Shown here piece after piece: positions 40,061-50,491 of a stretch of DNA of 64,000 nt. Location: assembly GCA_951406725.2 (NCBI GenBank), contig OX597821.1, positions 98,022,001 through 98,086,000 of the forward strand, written 5' to 3'. The DNA is from Octopus vulgaris. Its lineage: Eukaryota. The number at the start of each line of letters is the position of its first letter. Position 1 is the stretch's first letter. A program made the translations under genes and the position numbers. The notes below the pieces were generated by a model that was not told the origin of the DNA, ran no database searches, and was given only the letters and a program-made list of their open reading frames with translations.

Positions 40061-40211
40061 TATAATTAGGGTTCAGCTAATTGCTTCACCACATACCGAG
40101 TTAAAATTCCTTTTCTGCTACTAAAAGATTCTTATAGTACCAGAAAAGGAATTTTAACTCCTATTTCTAAATTTGGTATGTGGTGAAGCAATTAGCTGAA
40201 CCCTAATTATA
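40061..40211. repeat. Two-tier inverted repeat (37-bp outer arms, 20-bp inner arms)
   Basis: tataattagggttcagctaattgcttcaccacatacc with its reverse complement at 40175-40211; gagttaaaattccttttctg with cagaaaaggaattttaactc. Confidence 0.95.
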
Positions 40212-40316
40212 ATTATGTGAACAATTTTACCTATAAAGGTTGTTTTAACGTACTTGGTAAAATTATTAATTAATTCATTAATTAATTAATTTGATTGATA
40301 AATTTTACCCTTCTAT

Positions 40317-40370
<54 letters not shown>

Positions 40371-40522
40371 GTGTGTGTGTGTGTATTTTTTCAATGTGTA
40401 CAAATAAGAAGGAAAAAATAAATAGTTACCAGGGTAGCAAAAATTTACATAAGTGCCATGAATATTACAGCCTACTTATAAAGGTAGAAATTCCAGGGTT
40501 AAGTGAATAAATTTTGTATAAC

Positions 40523-40605
40523 ATGGATAAATTAAGAAATGGAGTCAAATGCAGGTGTTATTCTGAATAACACTTGCGTTTGACTCCATTTCTTAATTTA
40601 TCCAT
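40523..40605. repeat. Near-perfect palindrome, 41-bp arms, 1-nt centre
   Basis: atggataaattaagaaatggagtcaaatgcaggtgttattc-t-gaataacacttgcgtttgactccatttcttaatttatccat; two transition mismatches. Confidence 0.95.
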
Positions 40606-40614
40606 ATATATATA

Positions 40615-40932
40615 TTCTTATTTATTTATGTGCCCTTTACAAGCCTAGCCAGGCGCATGGGCCCGGTTTCCCAGTTTCTATGGTGTATGTGTTGCCCCCA
40701 GCTGGACGGGACACCAGTCCATCGCAGAGTTACTCAAGAAACAGGAAGAAAGAGTGAGAGAAAGTTGGGGCGAAAGAGTACAACAGTGGTTGCCACCACC
40801 CCCTGCCAGAGCCTCGTGGAGCCTTAGGTGTTTTCGCTCAATAAACACACACAACGCCCAGTCTGGGAATCGAAACCACGATCCTCCAGCCGCAAGTCCA
40901 CTGCCCTAACCACTGGGCCACTGTGCCTCCAC
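40615..40932 (-). mobile_element. tRNA-derived SINE with V-domain-like core (family D)
   Basis: A-box tggcccagtgg, B-box ggtttcgattcc, then ctgcgatggactggtgtcccgtccag, resembling the V-SINE conserved core. Confidence 0.7.
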
Positions 40933-40950
40933 ACACATATATATATATAT

Positions 40951-41422
40951 ATACAAGATAAGAAAATGGAGAAATACGTCTAAATCAAATATCAATTACC
41001 AGATAATACTCAATCACATACTTTATTAAACCACCACATAAGAGACTATAGGGTTAAATATAAAAAGCAGAACAAATCAGTGTACATAAAGGAATGTACA
41101 TAAAAAAGTGTACATAAAAGAGTAATGTTGTATAATAAGTAGAATATATATAAAAGAGAATATAAATATAAGTAAAAGTAAATATAAGTATAGGTTACTT
41201 ATATTTATATTTATATTCTCTTTTATATATATTCTACTTATTATACAACATTACTCTTTATGTACACTTTTATGTACATTCCTTTATGTACACTGATTTG
41301 TTCTGCTTTTTATATTTAACCCTACAGTCTCTTATGTGGTGGTTTAATAAAGTATGTGATTGAGTATTATCTGGTAATTGATATTTGATTTAGATGTATT
41401 TCTCCATTTTCTTATCTTGTAT
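40951..41422. repeat. Large near-perfect palindrome (about 230-240 bp arms, centre near 41193)
   Basis: atacaagataagaaaatggagaaatac... is mirrored by ...gtatttctccattttcttatcttgtat; only about two substitutions and a few small indels. Confidence 0.95.
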
Positions 41423-41779
41423 TAGTAATTTGTGGTAAATCATTTTACCTTTGCCCATATAATACAGTAAATGAATTGATTGCATCGCAATCATTAACAT
41501 TTATGTATTAACTTTGTTGGGTACTTCACTAGCAGTATTTTGGATATATGTTATCCCATGGAGGGTTGCATTTACAACCCCTATCTCAATTTGTATATAT
41601 ATATATATATATACATATATAACAAAATTCCATACAGTTACAGTCTACCAAATACACTCACAAAGTATAGGCCAGCTCAGGACTATAAGAGAAAACATAG
41701 GGGCTGCACAGTGGAACTGAACCTATAACCAAGCTTATCAACTACTTCCAGAGAGCCTTCTGAGCATTTAATAGAATCT

Positions 41780-42410
41780 ATTTTCTGTGAGTTTTTAGTG
41801 CTTATTGTCTTCAAGCACTTGTCATATATGAAGTTAAATTTCTCTATTCACATGCCTTTTCTGCATACTGAGCATGGTCATTTCCTGGATGGTAGAAGGG
41901 CCCTAATTTCTTTCCTATTTACCAATACTTTATTCTTTGCTAAGTAGAATTCGGGCGTCTCAATTTTAGATTTTGCTTTCCCATTAGAAATTTCTTTTCT
42001 AGATCAGTCAATAGTTCAGCTATAAAAGTAGGGTCATCAGCATATAGAGGTACCCCTGCTAAACACTAAGTTCATTGCTGAATTCATAGACTCTCACTTC
42101 ATTGACAACATCTCTGTGCATGTTTTGTACAACTCTCACAAACCATTCATCTTCAGCAAAGACTAGCAAACACTACTAGTCATTTCAGTAAACACGAGGA
42201 TGGAATCCTGTCAAAGACCCTCTCTACACCAACAGATACCAGCTATAGTGGTTTACTGCGAGTTAAATAATTTCCCTACAGTTGCCTCACTAGAAAGATA
42301 GCATCAGGTAGTACTCCTCCCAGGGATAAAGTTGAACTGCATTTCATCCAGGTTAATTTGCATCCTAATCAAGTGAACCAAAGTTATTTTTGTAACTTTC
42401 GTAACATGAT
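41780..42410 (-). mobile_element. Highly degraded RTE-like RT fragment
   Basis: DAIFLVRQL...FDRIP and LYADD read on the minus strand, with stops. Confidence 0.6.
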
Positions 42411-44011
42411 GCAACAGTTCGACACACAAACAAACATTTACATATACATACATACATATGGTGGTTGTCTACTCCTATGCAAAGTTTGACCACTTCCTTA
42501 AAACCATCATGGCATCTGATGTGGTTTTTTAAACCAAAATATGTTATGAAAAGACACCCACATAGATGGCATATCTGATTCGGACCACCAAGAGCTGCAT
42601 ATATATATATACAGCCTTCTGGCTTCCCAGACCTCAGTTGAACCGTCCAACCCACGCTAGCATGGAAAGCGGACGCTAAACGAAACGATGATGATGACAC
42701 ACACACACATGTACATTATATTAAATATGTAGATATATATTAACAGAAAACCAATATCTCACTAATTCTTCTAGCACAGGCACATAAATTAACCAAAATA
42801 TGCAGAGGTTGAGCAAAACTGGGTAGACAAGGCATATGCAGAAGCAAACTCACCTCTTTTATTTGTCATTTCCTTCACCATAATGGTTGGCACTAACCTT
42901 TCAAGTGTGAATATAATATACACATGCCTGTGTGTGTATACTAGAGCTACAACATTTAGCCTAAGAAAAATAAAATCTTTCCAAACAACACTTGTGTATG
43001 AGAGTGAGTGTGTTTGTGTCTATAGACAGATGAGCATACATGCGTGTGCATGTACACACACACACACACACATATCTTGGGTCAGCTTTCACAAGTAATG
43101 GTAGAAATGGAGAGAAGGATATAAAATATTTCAACTACTAAAAAAACCTAGCACTAATTATGGACATGTAATATTCCACTGTATTGTGTTGCAGTTATCA
43201 ACCACTCACAGATGGGAAGAACTTATATCAACCAAAATGAGAACACAACCAATATAAATCATCTCTTTGAAAAAAATGTCAATGGTCTCAGATTAAATAT
43301 GAGGCAACTAGACAGCATCATTCAATGCAATGAATAATGAATTAATGAACCACTAGCTACAATTTTATAATAGATTATCCAAAGTATATGGGAAGTGCCT
43401 GAAAGACACTTGCAGGTAAGCTAATTGCCTCTCAGTACAAATGAGTGGTAAGTTAAAGCCTTTGTCATTGTCAGAAATTTCAAGAAGGTAAAACTTTCAA
43501 CCACAGGTTTGCATTAAATCCACAAAGGTTTAAACAACGTAAGAGGTCATACCATGAAGGTTAAAAAAGGCCCCTATCTAGAATGGCCTTCAGGCATTTT
43601 AGTGGGGGCATCTTGAATGTAAATAAACAGGAAACCCATGATGCAATATGATTAAATGAGCTACAGAGTGAATACTGTGCAAATGTTTTTGCTACAACAT
43701 AATATCACCATTGAAAATCTCCTGAAGGTTGTTTCAATCTTCTTAACCACAGAGCCATGTCAGCAACCATATATTTTCAAAATTAAATCAGATATTTAAA
43801 CGCAAATTAGACATTAAAATGTAAATTACACAATACTTCATTGTACTTTTTCCTTCCTTTCTGCTGAAAATTAAATCATTCTTCATATGCTTCAGACTAA
43901 ATTGGGAGCCAAAGTACATTTTTAGAGATATATAAATATAAATTTAAAATATTAAACATAATAAAACAAGCATGATGAAACACTTATTTCTTGATATTGA
44001 AGACTACTTAC

Positions 44012-44111
44012 CTGTGGAAAACAAGAAAGGTGACTAAAACAACGACTATAGAAGCAATAAGGGCTGCTACAACAGCACCCGTTGTTGACATCTTTTTAGA
44101 GGGTACCACAG
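44012..44111 (-). CDS. RPTP exon e: transmembrane helix AVVPSKKMSTTGAVVAALIASIVVVLVTFLVFH(R)
   Basis: ttttatttctttccag|CT...CACAG|gtaagt; 100 nt, phase 1-2; about 21 consecutive hydrophobic residues. Confidence 0.93.
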
Positions 44112-44194
44112 CTGGAAAGAAATAAAATGGTCAGAAACAAGATAATGGAAAGATGACCAGGTAGAAATTATAACAAAATTGTCTGAATATGATA

Positions 44195-44591
44195 TCTTTA
44201 TATATAAAAGTGAGGTTGTGTGCTGTCTGTCTCCTACGATTTAGATTCCTAACTACTCCCACATTTTGCAGTGCAGTTTAACCAAAACCGGGTATCTTAT
44301 AGTTGTGATTCATATCGAGCCCTTCTGGGTATTAGCACGCATCTACAATGAGTCTACGATTTAAAAAAAAATTTACCATCAATTTTTCCCATTTTTAATG
44401 CATTTTTGGCATATATAAGGGAAGTAACTCTCTAAAAATTTATTATTAAATCTCAGAACGTAAAAAGCTACAGTAACACCACCCCCTTTGTGGTTAGCCA
44501 TATTGAGATGGCTATTATACTTTACATCTCTAAAAATGCTTATATAGTTATTTCCCTTACAAACCCGAGCAATGCCGGGCGATACTGCTAG
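44195..44591 (+). mobile_element. Non-autonomous Helitron, copy 1
   Basis: A|TC 5' end, subterminal GC hairpin cccgagcaatgccggg, CTAG|T 3' end, no TSD. Confidence 0.88.
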
Positions 44592-45900
44592 TTATTTATA
44601 CATGATGTAACTGCTTGAACATATTACCAAGGTTGACTATGTGATAATATCTGTACAGGATAACATTACCAAAACAGCTGTGAGACCTTGGTAATATTAT
44701 CTCATTAAAGATGTTGATACTGTGAGAAGTGTCAAATTGCCCAGCAACAACTCACTTGATAGAGAGTTCCAGTTTAACATTAGCTGCTCTACTTCCATCC
44801 CATTGTCCCTATCTCTGAAGTTTGGAGAGTTTGTGAAAGATATGGAACAGTCATGTTTTCATATAATGAATGAATATATATATATATATCCATTTCAGAA
44901 TTACATATATATATACACACACACACACACACACGTATATATATATATATACACACACACACACATGTATATATACATCAAATATGAATAGGGTTTGTTA
45001 AATTAATCCATTAATTAATCCATTAATTAATTCAAAATGTCGGTGCCCCAGCATGGCCACAGCTCGTGAGCTGAAACTAGATAAAATAAAATTTTTAAAA
45101 TGCTATATTGGGCATTATTTGATTATCCTCATAGTTTAACTACCAAGCCTACAACATCATACCACTAGATTAATTCTACTGAATATTGGATGGTATATAA
45201 ACAGTCTGACAGAGAGAACATTCGATACAAAATGGGTGGTAAGATTCAACAAGATTTAAATCTAAGGGAGAAAGATGTTACACAGCATCAATGAGTAGTA
45301 AAAGTGGGTAAAAGTTGGAAGGAGAACCCAGTAGATGAAATACCAGTTAAGGCTGAAGGTGTGAAGGTTACAACAGCTGGTAGTAAGGGAGGCTTTAAGA
45401 GAGAAGTTAAGACCAAAGTTTCAAATAACATTTTACTTTCATCAGGGAAATGACTATGCTCGATATGCAAAACATGAGTTGGTGGGAACCTCATTTCTGT
45501 CCATGATATACTGAGATCACAAGCAAGGCTGAAAATTAATAAAGATTTCTGTATGTGATAGACGTGTAGAAATCTTTAACAATCAGAACAGTAGTAAAAT
45601 AAATTCCTTTCAAAACTTGGAAGCTTCTATATAAATAGTTAACAGGGAAATCTATTCAGCAATTGAGGAGGATACTTTGATAATACAACAGAGAAAATTT
45701 AAGGGAGTTATCTCTGCTGGCAACAAGGGATATTTCTTTTAATTAACAATAGACTGTACGTTGCTTGTATTCAAAGTATGATGCTGGATGGAAGTGAGAC
45801 AGAGCAGAGGATGTGGGAAGATGAAAGAGAAATGAAGCAAACATGCTCCACTAGATGTTTAATGTGTGAACAACATGCTTCAGATGGCCTGAAAGATAAA

Positions 45901-46195
45901 TCTTTATATATAAAATTGAAGTTGTGTGTGTGAGACTCTGTCTCTTCCAATTTAGATTCCTAACTACTCCCACATTTTGCGGTGCAGTTTAACCAAAAGC
46001 GGGTATCTTATAGTCGTCATTCATATCGAGCCCTTCTGGGTATTAGCGTGAGTCTACGATTTAAAATAAAATTTACCATCATTTTTCTGCATTTTTAATG
46101 ATTTTTGCTCGGTTTATATAAGGGAAGTAACTCTCTAAAATGCTTATATAGTTATTTCCCTTACAAACCCGAGCAACGCCGGGCGATACTGCTAG
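45901..46195 (+). mobile_element. Non-autonomous Helitron, copy 2 (internally shorter), inserted in an RTE relic spanning about 45690-46290
   Basis: Same TC...hairpin...CTAG ends at an A|T site; removing it rejoins an RTE-like frame LKDK|LDIRRINCSMQ. Confidence 0.9.
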
Positions 46196-46612
46196 TTGGA
46201 TATAAGACGAATCAACTGTAGCATGCAAAAGAAAACTGTAAAGTATAATGAGGGTAAAATATGGATAAAGAAGTATGAGAGAATTCTGCGTACTCCACAA
46301 CAACTCAGATCAAATCTTGATATCTCCAAGCAGTGCTGTACTGGAGTGGAGTGGAGACATGTGAGCTACTAGGGCAATTCAACTTGGAATGAAAATGCAA
46401 AATATTTACAAGATTCAACATTAGCTTGTAAAAGAAATATGACACTCACCATCTCCCAAAATATGGATGGACATGAACCCAATAAATTCAGAAACCATTT
46501 AATAAAAACCTCTGAAGAACTTAAATGTAAGTGTACAACTCAAACTATCCACAGTTACCTATGTACCTTGGCATAATTTTTGAACTTGAATACCAGGAAA
46601 CACTACCATTAA

Positions 46613-47217
46613 GGGTTATTCCATATCAAATCACTCAGAGGGTCCCAGGTCACCCCCTCAGATCCCCCCTGAAAAAATTCATACTAGCTCCTGTACTTAT
46701 ATGATGGAAAAATATTAAGTACCAGGTCAATATCTTTGATAGTTTTGAAGTTGATCTGAGTCTCTCGGATCAACTTGAGACAGCCATTTTTCCTCTAATA
46801 TGGCAGACACAACTTTGAAATTGTGTGTTTGGGGCTAACATTTTCTGTAGAGTTCAAATATCTTATCAAATCATGTGTATCTTGTATATTTTTCCATCTA
46901 CAGGCCTCTGAAAATTGCCAAGAATTAAACATACAACAAAGATACATATGAGTTGATATTTGAACTCTACAGAAAAAGTTAGCCCAAACATATGATTTCA
47001 AAGTTGTGTCTGCCATATTAGAGGAAAAATGGCTGACTCAAGTTGATCCAAGAGACTTGTTCAGAAAAATATGTAAAACTAATCAATTTCAAAACTATCA
47101 TAGATATTGACCTAATACTTGATATTTTTCCCATCATATAAATACAGCAGCTAGTATGAATTTTTTCATGGGGAGTCTGAGGTGGGACCCTCTGGGTGAT
47201 CTGACACGAAATGACCC
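46613..47217. mobile_element. Non-autonomous DNA transposon with very long TIRs (about 270 bp), GGG...CCC termini and TTAA TSD (Sola2/3- or Kolobok-like)
   Basis: TTAA|GGGTTATTCCATATCAAATCAC...GTGATCTGACACGAAATGACCC|TTAA; arms pair along most of their length, e.g. cagccatttttcctctaatatggcagacacaactttgaaat with its reverse complement. Confidence 0.85.
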
Positions 47218-49137
47218 TTAAACAAAACTAAACTAAGCACTTTTAGATATAACAAACTAAAACCATCCACTATTGATTATCATAAACCTAGTTACATAAG
47301 GCAGAGAATATCAACAATTTTATCTCACAAAGAAATGTGACCAAGCAGCATCATTCTACAATGATAACAGAAAAGTAAACAGATTTAAAGACACACTGCA
47401 ATATACAACCAAACACAAAAATAGAAACACAAAACCAAAACAATTTTAATTAGTTTAACAGACATTCTTAATAAGCCACACCAAGCTCCCCACTCCATAA
47501 GGAAACCTTTATTCCTGACCAAAACAAAATTTCAAATTTGTTAGCAAAAGTCACTCAATCATGAAATACCACTCACAATAGCAAAAATTTCATCAGTAAA
47601 TAAATGACTGTAATTGGTTTTACAGTTAAATTCACTCACAAAACGAAATAAGTCATTAAAATTCCTTAATCTTGACCAAAACAAAATTCACACCATTTCC
47701 TTCTTCTTACCTTGCCATTACTTCAATATTTACAAAAACAAAACAATAACATACCAAAAAAAAATTGACCAAACATACCAAAACTTAAAAAAAACATACT
47801 GTGAGCCTTAATTAGATGTACAGATAAATTCAGTAGATATGCAAGTATAAAGAAAATAAAAATATACCCCTCCTCAAAAAAAATACAAAAAAAAACACCA
47901 TGCCATAAAAAATAACAGAACAATAACAGCTGATCAACAAATCCAAAAACCAAATCAATGAACAGAGGAGACACACTCAATTTCCTTCTCCAATTGATAG
48001 TCTAGAATATTCAGTGCCTATATAAAGCTATAAAAGTATCAGAAATTAAATTGTTATTATATTGGATAGTATTTATGCTTCCAATGGCTTGTTATTAATA
48101 TATATTTTATACATAACATATTGTGAATCAGAAAGACTGAAATAAATTTAAATATTAGAAACCCAAAGCTCTAGTATACACACACACACACATGATTATA
48201 TATATAATTAGATCTTTTACAACTTATTTTTAATTTTTATCAATGCATGAGATCTTTCATGTAATTTAGAAACAGACATGATGGTGAGATTTTCCATAAT
48301 AAAAGTTAATTTTAAGTAACCAGGTAAATATCTGCATAGTAACTCCTGCTAAGGGATTATTTGAAATTATTATTTGCTTTTATTTTGTTTGGGTGATTAA
48401 AATGAACACAAACATCACAACAGATATATATATAATTACAGAGACACCGACACACATTAATACCTGAAGCTTCAAAACATGCCACCCAGCACACACAAAA
48501 CTGTAACAATCTCATACAAGCCAGCCAGGAAAATTTGTACCGTTGTTAATGATGTAAATATCAGAGAAGAATGACTCGCAGAGCTCCATGGATTTCTACT
48601 CAAAAAAAAAAAAAGAAGAATTCCACCCTTACTTATACACAATGATATTGATCAGGCAAAACAAATTTCTATAGAACACAAGACAGAGAGAGAATACTTT
48701 TTGTAGTGATCCACATAAGTATCATATTTTTAAATAAATGAAACAAACTTCCCAATATCTCCATTTTATAAACTTTATGGCTCAGATGATGGTAATTTTA
48801 AGAGCAAATGTTTTATTGAGAAGTTCAAATCAATTCTGGATGGAAAATACTATTGATTTCATTTAATTTGGTTTAAAATTTGGTTCTATTAGAAAATAAC
48901 TTTCATTAAAAACCCTGTGTGTAAGTGTACATATGTGTATGTATGAGAATGCGGGTGTGTGTATTCATATTTATAAATGTGTGCGCACATAGGCAGCAAC
49001 AAAATAATGCACAAAAAAAAAATTAAATGAAGTAATACTGTAAAAGTTATTTCCCTTGTATTTATCAGAATACCTTAACTTAAATGCAATTATTATAAAG
49101 TGGATTATTTCTAAATAGCTTGAAAGTTACATGTATA

Positions 49138-49526
49138 CTCTTTACTCTTTTACTTGTTTCAGTCATTTGACTGCGGCCATGCTGGAGCACCACCTTTAGT
49201 CGAGCAAATCGACCCCAGGACTTATTCTTTGTAAGCCCAGTACTTATTCTATCGGTCTCTTTTGCCGAACCACTAAGTGACGTAAACACACCAGCATCGG
49301 TTGTCAAGCAATGCGAGGGGGACAAACACAAACACAGACACAGACACACACACACACACACGCATATATATACGACGGGCTTCTTTCAGTTTCTGTCTAC
49401 CAAATCCACTCACAAGGCTTTGGTCGGCCCGAGGCTATAGTAGAAGACACTTGCCCAAGGTGCCACACAGTGGGACTGAACCCGGAACCATGTGGTTGGT
49501 AAACAAGCCACTTACCACACAGCCAC
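49138..49526 (-). mobile_element. tRNA-derived SINE (family B) with 34-bp TSD
   Basis: attatttctaaatagcttgaaagttacatgtata is repeated exactly at 49104-49137 and 49527-49560. Confidence 0.92.
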
Positions 49527-49867
49527 ATTATTTCTAAATAGCTTGAAAGTTACATGTATATACAAAAATATAAAATAACTTGTGGAAATTTACACTTGGG
49601 GTGGGGCTGACTCTTAGTGCTTCAATGAATGAGGGCTCATCAAGACACAGCTGCTCAACCATCAAGTTATGGCCACTTGTGTGCAAGGATAAAGCTGAAG
49701 AGTTGGAAAGTAGCATCCTCTACATTTTCCCCATTGCCTCTTTCCCCTATTGCCACTGGACCTATGAAAAAGTGTGATGGTTTTGGTACTTGATGCCTTC
49801 GTTTGCTGAACACACACACACACACACACAATATACATGAATGTTGTTCTAATGCAGCTCATATTAA

Positions 49868-50087
49868 TCCTTTCATTACCAACCTGGCTGAAACCAGCTC
49901 TGGCTCTGAGTACAAATGTCTTGTTTTCATAAGTTTTGAATCAAAATCTTCCACCAAGCCTTAGTCACAATTTATATTCCTAACACTAGCTGAAGGATAT
50001 CTAAGTTATTTTACAAAATTCTCTATTATATTTAAAGTAATCGAAAGGAACATAAAGCATCTCAAAATAAATACAGTAACGAAAGGG
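49868..50087. mobile_element. piggyBac-type MITE (220 bp)
   Basis: TTAA|TCCTTTCATTAC...GTAACGAAAGGG|TTAA: TTAA TSD and 12-bp (C)CC...GGG TIR with two mismatches. Confidence 0.8.
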
Positions 50088-50350
50088 TTAAGGATGAAAG
50101 CAATAAAATTCTTCAAGAAAACTAGAAGTTCCTAAAACCATTCCAAACTAGCCCAATACTCTTACCCATTTCCTTATTTCAAAGGTTAAAAAATTTAAAC
50201 AATAACAAGATCTAACAAATGAATTAAGGAAACTAATATAAAACTGAAACCCAAGAGTGCTCTACCTCTGTTTCTCCACAAGTTACTGGATCCCCAAGAA
50301 TAAGCCAATATGAAAGCAAACCTATGATTACAGGATAATTGTTTACTCAC

Positions 50351-50491
50351 CTTTAGCACAAGTAGTTCCTTCATAACCTTTTTGGCAGCCATTTACACAT
50401 TTGCCAGTAACAACATGACATTCTTCTTTCCCTTTGACACACCATCCACAGGTCATATTGCAGTTTTGACCATAGAAACCGTATTCGCAAA
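50351..50491 (-). CDS. RPTP exon d: EGF-like module VCEYGFYGQNCNMTCGWCVKGKEECHVVTGKCVNGCQKGYEGTTCAK
   Basis: ttttgttag|TT...AAAG|gtgagt; 141 nt, phase 1-1; 8 Cys. Confidence 0.95.

Noticed and set aside
44621-44697. 13-bp inverted repeat atattaccaaggt/accttggtaatat, considered as a pre-miRNA
   Set aside because: The interior pairs poorly; more likely a tiny MITE remnant or chance.
45288-45528. Minus-strand ORF after an acceptor-like tttcag, considered as a Ser/Thr stalk exon
   Set aside because: The phase-1 reading stops after 12 codons; the open frame is in the wrong phase and has no donor.
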